NCBI RefSeq assembly: GCF_964355755.1
Contig: NC_092679.1
Span: forward strand, 3,564,201 to 3,628,200
DNA length: 64,000 nucleotides
Direction of reading: 5' to 3'
Source: Antedon mediterranea
Taxonomy: Eukaryota > Animalia > Echinodermata
The translations under genes and the position numbers were made by a program. Positions 48,201 to 61,000 of this stretch are shown here, piece after piece. The stretch's first letter is position 1. Each line of letters opens with the position of its first letter. The notes beneath the pieces were generated by a model. It saw nothing but the letters and a program-made list of their open reading frames with translations, did no database searches and was not told the origin of the DNA.

Positions 48201-51200
48201 CCAGAACTTTTTACAACAATTTTGTTGAAAATTAATTGTAAAGGTTCTTGCATTGTTCATCAACATTTTTTTTTATTAAAATGAATTTCGAATTGTTACA
48301 ATAACTAACTTTTTTCACTATAATAACTATAATATTTTAGTAATAAGTACAGAATATAAAAGGGTTATTTTGAAAAGCTTAAAACAAAAAAGCTCTGTCT
48401 ACACTATCAAACTAGTTTGACAAAAAAAAAATGTGATGTGCCCAAATATGTTAGTGATATACCCAAATATGGTAGTGATATGACATCATCATGTCCATAT
48501 ATAAGCTCATTTTGTTGTCACAAAAAGTTTGATAGTGTAGACAGAGCTTAAGAATAATAAAAATAGCATTGATTAGACCAGATTGTATTGCAATTATATT
48601 CACACCCATCAAAAGATAAAAGGAAATGAATTCAACTTACCAGGATGTTTCCAATTTCAAGATTTGTTTGTGCCAAGTACACTGTTACACAATGTCAAGT
48701 TAGGGGTCGAACAAAACACACGAAATAAAGCAAATACCGGTAAATTAATCACTCGACTACCGTGCTGGAGCGTGTGTTAATGTTTAAAAAAATTGGGATG
48801 CTTCTATGATTTGAGTTGTATGAGAAGGTAGCAGCCAACCCAACTTGGAAAAATGAAATATCGGGAAGATTTTAGCGGGAGAGCTGGAGATGATAAAAAT
48901 ATCGGGAGACTCCGTTATCGGGAGAGTTGGGAAGTCCGAGGTAGATATAATAAAAGTTGTGTATGCAGTAGATTCCCCTATTTCAAGACCCAATAAAGTG
49001 TCCCTTAATAAGGAATTGGCTGTAGTGTTAAAACACACACTCGTTTGTTTCTCGGGAAAGTGTCCCCTTAATGGAGTATCCCCTGAATAGAGTGTCCCCT
49101 TAATGGAGTATCCCCTGAATAGAGTTGTCCCAAAGGAAGGCTCCACTATATGTAGGTAATTGACACAGTTCAATACAGAAGTCTATTTTTATGATATAAA
49201 AATTTTAAAAAAATGTGGTCATTAATTCATTGCAATTGTACAGTGTATGTACGTGTACTGTGCAAATACATTATGATTGAAAACATTTTTTCGTTTTTTT
49301 CTTTCTTTTCTTACTTTCGCATGCAACATTATTTAAATTCTTTACACAAGATTTATTGTTTCATAACTTAACAATTTGAAAATTACACTTTTTTTACACC
49401 TTTCTTTTCCTTTTGAATGACGGCATAATCTAAAAATTATCTTTGGTAGCATTTATCATAATTGTGGTAAAACACATTTATTCCACCCTTTCCTTTTGGA
49501 GATACTGGTACGCTATATTTTTTACGTATAGTGCATTATTACCTATGGGACATGATAATTAGTTTATTTACTAAAGCTCTGTCTACACTTTCAAACTAGT
49601 GACAAAAAAAATGTGACATGTCCAAATATGGTATTGATATGCTTAAATATGGTAATGGTGACATCATCATGTCCATATATGAACACATCACATTTTTTTG
49701 TCACAAAGTTTGATAGTGTAGACAGAGCTTCAAGCTGTGTATATTATAAAGTACATGTCTTTTTTCTTCGTCTTTTGAGACTTATTTGGGTGTAGAGATC
49801 TAGATCAAAAACAATATACAGTAATACCTATCCAAGGTCAGATATTATGTTTGGATTGCTTAATATGCTTCATCATGTAACCGGAGGGTGAGTCACCTTT
49901 TATCAAATTAAAAGAATGAAATTATATCAATGAGGTACAGCAGGGGTAAGGCGATTATATAACAAACAATTTCAATCACTTATTTTGATTTTACTTCTGT
50001 GATTGTGATGGACAGGTTTTAAGTTTTGATTTATGTTTTTTAGTTTTGATAGTTTATGTAAAGTGTATCTTGCATATTTAACAAATCTTGTGTCAGGTAT
50101 TATCGACATTATGATATTTAATTCATAATTATTGTTATCAACAAGATGATTAATCGTAAGTGTTCCCTGAATTAGAGTGTCCCCTGAATTGGAATGTCAT
50201 CTGAATTGGAGTGACTACTGAATTGGAGTGTCCTCATAATTTGAGTGTCCCTTGAATTGGAGTGTCCTCATTATTGGAGTGTCCCTTGGATTGGAGTGTC
50301 CACTGAATCGGAGTGTCCACTGAATTGGAGTGTCCTCATAATTGGAGTGTCCTCATAATTGGAGTGTCCCTTGAATTTGAGTGTCCCCTGAAAGGAGTGT
50401 CCTCTGAATTTGAGTGTCCTCTGAAAGAATTGTCCCTTGAATTGGAGTGTCCCCTGAATTGGAGTGTCCTCTGAATTGGAGTGTCCTCTGAATTGGAGTG
50501 TCCCCTGAATTAAAGTGTCGCCTAAATTGTAGTATGCCTATCCCCTGAATCAGAGTGTCCCCTGAATAGGGATGTCCCAATGGATGGGTTATTTAATCAG
50601 AACAACATGATTAATTCTTATCAACATTATATGCAAGTGTCATCAACATATTTCATGTTCAAATGATCGTAAAATGAAATTAATCGCTTGTTAGATGTTG
50701 ATAACAAGTTGATAGACGTTCACAGCTGGGACCTTGCTTTTTTCATACAGGAAATGATATGCAGATAATAGTGTAAATCTAGTAAAAGACGCCACGATAA
50801 ATGTTTGACGCCTTCATGCGAAATCGCTAGACATGAAGTGCTATGTAACATAGATTCATTCTGTAAAATGTACAGCTTTGTCCAAAGCATGGACATATGT
50901 GCAACGCAAGTAAATTGACCAATATGACAAACGATTGTCGTCCATACTGTGATTGGTCGAATTCCTTTGAGCGTACATTGTGGTACGTCCTAATAATAAC
51001 CAGCCTTTACCAAAAATATTAGAATTTATTTTACATGTTTAAATATAACTGATGAAATACTCCTTTCTGAAATTTCAGGTTTTTTTTGTCTACTACTTTT
51101 ATTTATTTGTTATGTGTAAATATTTTTTATTTTTTAGGTGGATTAGACAGCGAGTTTCTAGGCTTGGAAATGTCTACACCATTGGCACCGCCTCCAGGTA

Positions 51201-51385
51201 CGAGCAGTATAAAACCCCTGGACAACATCTTGAAGAACATGCAGAGCTCGATGGTTGCACAGCCTAAGAAAGATGAGAATCTAAGTGAGGAGGCAAACAA
51301 TGTACTTAGTAACTTAGCACAGCTTTCATTCATGCACTCAAAGGTGTTAATGTTTCCAATGCACCCAGTAATGGACGACTCATGA
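39299..51385 (+). CDS. AFTPH: Aftiphilin (AP-1/clathrin accessory protein); 7 coding exons, about 886 aa
   Basis: Exons 39299-41152, 41612-41754, 42395-42524, 45140-45292, 47506-47566, 47741-47812, 51138-51385 with consistent phases. Hallmark blocks: SSSPPPMDD...DDFGSF N-terminus, many DFGxF motifs, YQWANS...[33 protein letters not shown]...[12 protein letters not shown]. Confidence 0.93.
40378..40718 (+). repeat. Coding tandem repeat in aftiphilin ([14 protein letters not shown] 42-nt units and 33-nt variants)
   Basis: About 9 units visible at both DNA and protein level. Confidence 0.92.
42758..43382. mobile_element. Non-autonomous Kolobok-like DNA transposon
   Basis: TTAA|AGACCCCTTCCCTGC ... 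GTAGGGAATGGGGCT|TTAA: TTAA duplication with AG...CT termini. Confidence 0.7.
44571..44733 (+). mobile_element. Probable solo pseudo-LTR remnant of a Penelope-like element inside a (TA)n tract
   Basis: About 160-bp segment starting with the hammerhead motif, bounded on both sides by (TA)n runs (44542-44570 and 44734-44760). Confidence 0.55.
44572..44608 (+). ncRNA. Minimal type-I hammerhead ribozyme motif (Penelope-like-element type)
   Basis: gca-CTGATGA-a-GGGC-tagtgtt-GCCC-GAAA-GC-TC-tgc: conserved core, 4-bp GC stem II, palindromic AGCT stem III, 3-bp stem I. Confidence 0.75.
46316..47170. repeat. Minisatellite, 17-bp unit GAGTGTCCTGTTTGAAT, about 50 copies
   Basis: Direct inspection; constant GAGTGTCC with variable last bases. 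Confidence 0.95.
50160..50580. repeat. Minisatellite, 17-bp unit GGAGTGTCCCCTGAATT, about 25 copies
   Basis: Direct inspection; produces the spurious ORF 50353-50580. Confidence 0.93.
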
Positions 51386-53497
51386 TGATGTCACTATTCC
51401 ACATATTGCACATTATATATAATTCTTGTATTCCATTATTTAACCACAGCCCTTTACCATATATACTTGTTATATACTAACTACCAATAGTCTTGGAGTT
51501 TGTCACACATATATGTTTGAGCCGTTTCGCAGAAAGCAGTCAAACTCAAATATTCATGACTAAAAAACAACGGCAAAAAAAATGTTTGACTCTACGAATA
51601 TGCTCATGTCCCTTGTTAAAAAAAAAGGTTGTAGAATTACAGATCGTAGAATACCTGGTCCATTTTGGTAACCAGTTTGTGTTCTGAAAATTACCGAATC
51701 ACATCACCAGAAAACTGCACATTTGGTGTGACACTACACACCAGTTGATCTACCACTAAATTTGATGGCAGATCTAGTGGAACGCTCAACTGGTTGGATA
51801 GTATTTGGCTATTTCCTGACCTCGTAAGCGAGTGTCTTGGTGCCATACTGATCCTTAGTTGACATTTGAGGGAGTCGCAATTTCTACGACCCCATAGTTT
51901 TTTGTCCTAGAAACAGAACAGTCTCTTTTTCAAATAAAAAAATTTAGAAAATATATTTATTTTTATTGCGGTATTTTCACACATACTATGTATGATATTT
52001 GCAGCTCAGTTTTGATTGACTACATTTTCGCGTTCTTGTTTCTGTGTCATATTTAAAATTTACTAAGTGTCTCAGAAATCTTTCTACTTCAAATAAACGC
52101 TGTCCACATTTGCAGACATGTTGTAGTGCAAGGTGTGTATTATTTTATGTCAAAACCAAAAAAAAAATTACAAAAATGTACACCGATTTTGTCAACTTAA
52201 TATTGGCATAGTCACAAAAAGAATAACAATACATTTGTTATACAATCAATTCAATTCAATTCTGGTTTATTCTATATCTATCATGTAGAGATGAATTCTT
52301 CGGAAGGTTGCTGTACCTGGTAGTCGCGATTCAAAATACGGGATACTCTTAGCTGATCTGTGAGATTTAGATCTATTGGTCACTTTTACTTATGTTAACT
52401 TTTACCATTTAAAGGTATCAACTCCAGTTTTCACATTACGTAATTTATTATTGTATTTTGTTTAAAAATGTTAGTACAAATTAAGGATTTTATTTAATAC
52501 TTGTAATATATATATAAGAACCTATTCTTTAACAATTAAGAATATATAGATTTATTTGAAATATTGCTAAATAGACATTTTGAAATTTTATTCTAGCATA
52601 ATAAGATCTGGTAATTATATTTTTTCCCATTTCACCTATACATTTTAAATGATAGTACTGTACTTAATAGCTTCTTCACGAAAATTGAATATTTTCATAA
52701 TCATTTAAACCATTAGTTATTTCATAATTGTCAACAATAATGCTGACTATAGATTTATTGTTCACCTGAAAAAAATAATTGAAAACAACATTTTTGTTGT
52801 TGAATATGCTATTTTATTTCACCAAATAGTTATTCACTTCACCAAAATTGGATCAAAAACATTTACTTGAAAAAACTGTAATTTAAAGAAAAATAGTCAA
52901 ATTGTCTATCAGACAATAATGTTTTTGGTTAGATTTAACCGTTTTTGGTGTTTCATAATTATGATCATTGATTTTGTAAATAACTTAATTAAAACTGCAA
53001 ATTTATTTTATTAATGTCTAATAATAATATAATAATATTCATTCATTTTTGGAGGACAATACATATTTTTTTTTAAATACCACTTCATAACTATTTAAAA
53101 TTAAAACAGATTTCTTTTCATTGTTTTCATTAACAAATACATTCAGTGTATATCTATTAAAATCATCTAAACATTTTTCTGTTTAATCTTCTTTCCCTTT
53201 CATTTAAATTCCAACCATGTGGAAAATAATGTCACTGTTATCTAAAAATTACCACACATGTAACAAAAATTGCACTTACAAATTTAAATTTGTTATTTAC
53301 TTTTGTTGTTTAGTGATGATGTTATTTACTTAATTCATAATAATATAAATTTAATTCACCATTATTTTTATATAACTATTCATAATGTTTTGTCAGTGTA
53401 ATGTTGTATAAACTGTTACAATTGTTTGTCAATATGTATTGTTATTGTAATCTAGAGTATAATTATAAGTATATATATATATATATATATAGACTAA

Positions 53498-53652
53498 AGG
53501 CCAATTTACACAGATGAGCGGTAAAAAATATAGAATCTATGTTATTCCTTTGATGGACGGACGGTTTCGGCTAGGGATAGATCCAGATTCTAAGTGGGAC
53601 AAGCTACGCGGTTTTCTACTTGCCGTTACCACTCGTCTGTGTAAATTGGTCT
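53498..53652. mobile_element. Third Harbinger-like MITE
   Basis: aggccaatttacacagatgagcggtaa ... ttaccactcgtctgtgtaaattggtct inverted termini. Confidence 0.65.
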
Positions 53653-55509
53653 TTTTACGTTAACTGTTCCAAAATTTGTAGATATTGATAAATTATTTTG
53701 CGTGGAAAGCGGGAATTTTAGTTAATATATGCTATTTATTAAATTAGTTTCCTAAACATGTATGAGTATAAATTTAAAAGATTTTTTTTTAAAGGTAATA
53801 TTCTTGTGAAAAATTTTCAACAAGAAGAAGTAACTTAATATCTAAAATTAAACAATTTTCTGCGTCTAATTAAAAACATTTTCTTGTTCAATTGAAGGTA
53901 TCAGTGGATTACTGTATTACAGTATGACTTTGTGGTCTAATGGGTTGACACTTCACCTGTAAGTTAATTAACCCATGTTCAAATCCTATTTTTTCTTCTT
54001 ATTCTATAAAATTATGAAAATGATCACTATATTTAATCAAATCAAGTTGCGAAATAAAGTCTGTTTGTCAAACGGGTTCATTTTAGCAAATATACGGTAA
54101 TATGAATTTGTTTATACAATGTTCTTGTATTCATTTCTGGTGAAAGAGAGATATATAAAAGAAAATATGTTTATTGTACACTTTTTTTTCCAACTGTGTA
54201 ATTGAACAAGAAATAAAGAAAAAAACAGTATTTGGTTATTCATACGATATTATTAATATTATTTCACACTACACAAATTCCTGGCCAGCCCAAACCCTTT
54301 TTATTCACTCCATCCTTCTTATCTCATTCTCCAGTAACTAAATTTGATGTTTCATTAAGGTTGTATAGTGAATTGTAAGTCGTAATTAATTTTTTTTTTA
54401 TTTGCCTTTTGTGGAATACAGCTTGGTGGTTACCCTAGGTTGCTATTTGATCCAAGTCCTGTATGTGGCAGTACATCTCATGACATAGTGAGCCTGTGTC
54501 GCTATAGCGTGGTTCCCACTAGCACGCAACTCAACGTAACCGATGCAATGTAAGAAGAAGCTCTTCCAATAATTGTGTTTGCCCCTGTCTGCATGAAATC
54601 AAACCTGCTTGTTGCGCATCAACATTGCCATAGACTTTATCTGGTTCACTTTGCATATTTTTGAGTATATAGCGCTGTACTATGTTTTCCAGTGTTCTTT
54701 TTCCTTACAGTACGTTGTTGTGTGAAATCAAACTGATTTGATTTCATGTAGCGATGTTTTTAGCACTGTTGTGTCGTCGGTTCCCATGCAATTTTCCTAC
54801 GCAACACTATATGTTTGCTTATCACTACTTGTGCCAGCCGAACGTAATGTCCAATAAGCTTGTTTGGGGAATTGTATGTTGTAATTCATTTGTTTAATTT
54901 GCCTTTGGTGGAGTATAGCTTGGTGGTTACCCCTGGTTGCTAGAGTTGTTCAAGTCCTGTATGTGGTATAGTACCAGTATTCATCTCATCATAAGCCTAT
55001 GTGTGTCGCTACCAAATTCTTGCTCATCATAGCAAGACCAGTTTAGATGCATAGGTTTTCCTCATGCTGTCATTGACAATTAATTTTTTTCTTGGATAAG
55101 TTATTTGTTTAGTAGATTACGTTAGGCTTTTCAGTGCTTAAGATTGTTTCTGTTGTTGTATTGGAACAGTAACATCCTTCCTATAAGGGTGTATTTTTGT
55201 AATGTTTTCGAGGTTGAAGTTAACAGTGAGTAATTGGAACGCTGATTAATGATTTCTGACTTTTCCTTCCTCCCGCCAAAGTATTCAACTCTCAGAACTT
55301 ATGTCATGGATTACACTGCTTAAAAACAACTCAAGGTGTGCTGTAGAAGCTGTTACTTCCTACACTGGTGTAGACGTAAACAACTGCAAAAAACGCTGGA
55401 TGCGTTCTTTAAACGTTTTTCACTTGACCATTCTTAAAAAATTAAATATCCAGTTTTAATTTATCCGAGATAAGAATAATAATAATACAGTACCACATTT
55501 ATGTGAGTA

Positions 55510-55795
55510 ACCATGCTTAAACGCGCTTTACAGGCATTATTATTATTATTACCTCAGTCATTTTTTAAATCAAACACTTATGGAAACATACTCCCATAAT
55601 AATACAGCTAGTAATCAGCGCAAAGTTGTGTCTTGATCTAACAGGTACCCATTTATACACCTGGGTGGGGAGAGACAAATGAAAGTGTTGTGCCTAAGGA
55701 TACAATGTAATACAAGTAATGCAGCGAGACTTGGATTCAAACCACGACTTCACGATCAATAAGTCAGCGTCCAGCACACTGCGCCACACGCCCTC
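55510..55795 (-). mobile_element. tRNA-derived SINE (related fragment ~14220-14400)
   Basis: Minus strand gtggcgcagtg (A box), ggtttgaatcc (B box), cccaggtgtataaatgggtacctg core and L2-like aagcgc 3' end with (TAT)n tail. Confidence 0.55.
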
Positions 55796-57930
55796 ACACA
55801 TACTCTTTTTTACTTACATTTTTTTTAAACATTTTAGTTGACAGAAGGGCTGAGAATTTTGTTAAATTTAAGAGTTGTATAATAAGCTGAAACTATGTAA
55901 AAATAATGTTTCGTATTAATCTTCTGTGTTTAATGTAATAAGATATGATTGTTACCGTAATATTTGTGAAGATTGGTATCTAATTTCAATAATATTTGTT
56001 AGTTGTGAATTGGTTTTAACAGAAAAAAGGACAATATGAGTATAAATAATAGATCAATTAATCTGGACATATGGACATTATGAACTGTCAGCCTTAACCT
56101 CGATATTAAAAATATGAACTGTGACCCACTTCTGCCGTTTCAGTAATAATGTTTTAACACCTTGGTAAACTAATTAATATGAATAATATTATGGCATTAT
56201 ATTAGAAGTTGTATTGTTTAAAATATTAGTTTACGTTTTATTGTTATCATATTATTTCTTAGCACCATAGACTGTTTGTTTAAAATGATATTCATTAATC
56301 TTTGATATAGCACCATCTTTCCTGAACTAACTGATTGTCTATCCGCTATTTTGCCTTTTTTTAGAACAAACAAGTGGTCTCGAGGTACCAGAGTCCCTCT
56401 CTGTCCAAGTTATGACAGAACACTCCATTGTGACTCCTGAAGACACCCAATAAAGGGACACTATTTTTTGGTCAAGATGATGTTTCCACAATAGAGGTTT
56501 TGCCTTATGTTAGTAGTCTCCTAGGGGGTTCAACCCCCTTTTTTCTATTAATTGATCTTTCGATTTATATAGTCTTATAAAGTCTTTGCACATGGCGCTG
56601 CCAAAAATATCAGAAAATGTGAGTTTTGTGTAGTGACATAAAGGTGCACAATGATGTTTGTTTAATTTTCAAATGTAGGTGGTTCCAGAGCCTGGTCCAG
56701 CAATACTGAAAGTCTGATCTCCCCAACTATGTTTGCTCCTCAGAATGTCCAGTCTAACTTTTCAGACAACCTTTCTCTGTGTAGCCCTACTCATTAATAT
56801 CTATGTACGTTCTATTTCCCAACAGAGGTTCTACTTGATGTTAATAGTCTCTTAAGGTTCAACTATTAAACATCTAACCTCTCTTTTCCCCTTTTCTCTC
56901 TCTGTCTCTAAACTAGTTTGACCAAAAAAAGTGTGATGTGCCCAAATATGGTAGTGTTATATGACATCATCATTTCCATATATGGGCACATAACATTTTT
57001 ATATGTCACATAAAGTTTGATAGTGTAGACAGAGCTTAACTCTGGGACAACATTTTTCAGTGTGTAGCTGCCCTACTCATTAATATCTATGTACGTTCTA
57101 TTTCCGTGACGTGAACTGCAGGATGTCACAATGATAACCTTGAACCAGGCTGCTTATAGACAGGTTAGAAAGAGGTAACATCAATCATTGTAAAGATGGG
57201 GGAGCCTGTAAGGTAACCAGTGGGTGATCCAGGATTTTTAAATATTGGACCCCAGGGCCTAAAAGTATTGAAATGAAGGGCTGAGCTTAATTTAATGTCC
57301 TATTTTTAGAGCCTTCTCCCACCCCTGATAAATATCAGATTTTAAAGTCTGGCTTTTATACTTTTAGAAATAATGTCCATGTACAACATGTTACGATCAT
57401 TGCAGAGTAAAAAAATAAAGACCTACTAAAATTTGGGAAATAATTGTAAGGAAGCATTGATCAACCAAGTCATTGTACTCCATAAAGAACAAACTAAAAA
57501 ACGAATTGTGCTCTGTATTGGCAACAAATTGATTTAATCTATTCATATATTAAATAAAAAAATACACAAAGTAAGAATATACTAGGACAATGAAATAACA
57601 CTTTGTTAACAGATTTCTCTCTAAATCAGAATCTGCTTTTAAAGGTAAAGATATTCAATTTGCTGTTTGATAACCAGCTGTTTAGGTAGACAGTCCCTGC
57701 AGTAACCAACAACTATGGTAAAGTGTATAAACTACCTACAGTAGTAAATATATGCACTTTATAAATAGTATTTTATATCATTACATTATAGCCACCACTG
57801 ATTTATAATAATAATAATATAAACACATTAGGCAAAGAACATTAATTCTAAACCGCCTGGTGATATACTGAAATTTAATTAATTAATTTGAAACGATAAA
57901 GATGAGAAAATCAGTAAGAATGAGAAAAGT

Positions 57931-58002
57931 CGCCCCAACCGAGACTCGAACTCGGACCGTCTGCTTGATATGCAGTTGCCCTAACCATTAGACCACTGGG
58001 GC
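57931..58002 (-). tRNA. tRNA or tRNA-derived element with ATC (Asp) anticodon
   Basis: GCCCCAG TG GTCT AATGGTTA GGGC A ACTGC ATATCAA GCAGA CGGT CCGAG TTCGAGT CTCGG TTGGGGC G folds as a 72-nt cloverleaf; TTTT follows 2 nt downstream. A at position 32 and the ATC anticodon are atypical. Confidence 0.6.
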
Positions 58003-61000
58003 TTTCATGGTATTGTTCAAACTCGATTGGATAGCGACTCTTCGTCGTCGTACGGCGAAACAATATAATATATAATATAATAATCAATAGTTTAGGTAGA
58101 AATTTTACGAGAAATATAATTTTATTATTTATTTATTTTATTTATTTAAAACATATTTATACAGATAAAAACATATCTGGTATACATTTAGCACCTGTTT
58201 TACATATGGTCCTGTTTTTTAGAAAATAAAATGTAAAAAACATCCATAAATGGGGATACCCTTTTCAGGGAAATTACCACCTATCTGATAGGACAGTGAT
58301 TAATTTACTATTGGTAATCTTTGGCCACATGTGCCTAATAAAGACATTAAAAAAAAAATAATTCCATAATCAATCAAATGTTTTAGCATCGTCAGGCTCT
58401 ATTTCTATAAATGTAACTTTATTTACACATTTTAACCTGAGAGACACGACAAACCACCAAGCGATTATGTTAATATAAATAAAATGTATCAATTTACAAT
58501 ATATTTTTAGAACAATTAATTGATTTCGTATCAATAATAGGGATAATTGAAAATTGAAAAATCATTAATAAAAGGAGACAATGATAAGAATTAATTAATA
58601 CATTAAAGATGTATTATCCCCCCAAAAACATGAAAAATGAAGATTAATAAAATCAAACTTTCAACAGGCCATTTTGCATTTTTAATAAATTTATTCACCT
58701 GTGTAGAAAAAAAACAATAATAATTTCACTTATAAAAAGACAAAATAAATTTTAACCAAAAACTGACAGATATTTAATTCTTTTTTGCTTTAAATTAAAT
58801 TTTTTCAGGTAAATAATTTTTTTTTTCCGATCCAGTTTTTGGTCAAAGTGAATAACTATTATGTGACATTACAATGACTATTCAACAAAAAATTAAAAAA
58901 AAACAATTTTTCAGGGGGACAATATTATATTTAAGTAAAATTAATATAAAGTCATATAAATCAATGTATAATCTGTTTAATTGCTTGCACCAGTCAGAAA
59001 GGGTCATAGTCAGAATCAAATAGTATTAATCTATAATAGGAACCTTTTGTAAAGCCTGAAATTGAGTATGGCAGTGAATGGCAGATGTGGTCTAACACAC
59101 ACATTTCACAACCATTGTTCACGCCACGAGCGCAAACTCATTTGTTATGGAAATCAGTTAGATCACAATACGAAGCAAGTCTGTCTACTTGCACCGTTTT
59201 ATACGTATAATATGCACTTGTACATTATACAAGGAATTAAAACCTAATTATAGTTTAATGAATATAAACCTATACTTTGAATAATTAAGTCATATCTGAA
59301 ATTTAAAACAAACATGGTCTGGTATTCAGTATTCACTATCCTCCTTGCGTTCAGAAAAAAATTAACCGTCGATGGTCATACATATAGTAAATTCCGATGT
59401 GTTTGAGAACATTATATAGATTAACATGTAGTTTAGCTTAGTTAACCCGTGTGAAAATATGACCAACCAGAAAACACTGTTAGGCCAGAAGACAAGTAAA
59501 ATATGGGAGTCCCTTTGCAAAAATGGGAGTGTTGGCATGCAACACTCAAGAAACTATAACAAAAATTAACAAATAAAACAAATTATCATAGTCAAAGAGC
59601 ATTATTCATATTTTTTTTAAATCTAAAAATTACCTAAATGTGTGTTAGTTGAGTTAATTCCACAAGATCATAATCCTGTATTATCAATAGACTCACTGAC
59701 AGCCACTACATAATAACAAATTATTGTAAACCAAGAGCATTATTCATATTTTTTTTTCAAATCGAAAAATGTGTGGGTTAGTTCTTTATGTTAAAATAAA
59801 AATTGAATGGAAAGATACTGTAAGTATGCATTTTATTTCAGATCATTTATCTTGTAATATCAATAAACTCACTGACAGCCACTACATAATAATCAAACAA
59901 GGATTAAAACTCTGTCTACACTATCAAACTAGTTTGACAAAAAAAAGTGTGATGTGCCCAAATATGGCCTTTATGGTAGTGATGTGACATCATGTCCATA
60001 CATGGGCACATCGCATTTTTGTCACAAAGTTTGATAGTGTAGACATAGCTTTAGTTGAATTAAAATCATGTTCAAGTCAATTGAATTGTTAAATAATAAT
60101 TGTGTTTTGGTTGGAAAGCATCTTTACTTCCTGAGGCAAAAACGAATTGAGACTGACGCCTACTGCTGTGATCAGGTCAGCAACTGAACAATGGGGCAAA
60201 CTAAAATGCCGAAAAGAATAACTTTTGTAGTCAGTTTTAAGCTCCTTATAATCTTCTAAACGTTTTAAATAGAATTTTAAAGACTTGTAGTCTACTACGT
60301 GACCTTCAATGATTTTAATTTTTAGTATTGAATGTTAGTTATCTAAACTTTCTGTTTTCAAAAGATCACATATTTATAGGAACATTCAGGTTGGATGAAT
60401 TCAAACAAAACAATACAATATTATGTGGTTAATAATAATAATATTAGTTATTGTACCATACAATACCTTACAAAGTAAAGTGCGAGACCGTGTTCATAAT
60501 ATGAAACTATTGTCAAATCTGTGATGTTAGGTAGTATTAAGCTCTGTCTACACTGTAAAAACTAGTTTGACAAAAAAGTGTGATGTCCCATATGGTAGTG
60601 ATATGACATGTCACACCACATTTTTTTTTCATTAAGTTTGATAGTGTATACAGAGCTTTAAAGGGTTTTCATTGAAAAAGTCGTGTCATTAATGTGAAAT
60701 GTAATAGTACATTATGGTTGTTAAGATGTGTGAATTTAGCATAGGTGCATTCAGTTGGTGGGAGGAGGCAGTCACACAGGCTCCACCAAAATATGCAAAA
60801 GTTATAATGCAATTAGTTCAGCACTTAATTCACTATTATTAGACCCTGTTACTCATCAGCTTCTATGAGTGAAATCCATGATACGCCACTGATTAGGAAT
60901 ATGTTTTTTTATATTGTATAAATAAATCATCTGACATTAGATCATCTCCATCTGCCTAAAGTTAGAAAAAGGTCGAAATATTTCCCAAAGATTTTAAAGG

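Noticed and set aside
48784-49173. 129-aa minus and 66-aa plus ORFs
   Set aside because: Fall on adjacent non-autonomous transposon remnants and GTGTCCCCT repeats.
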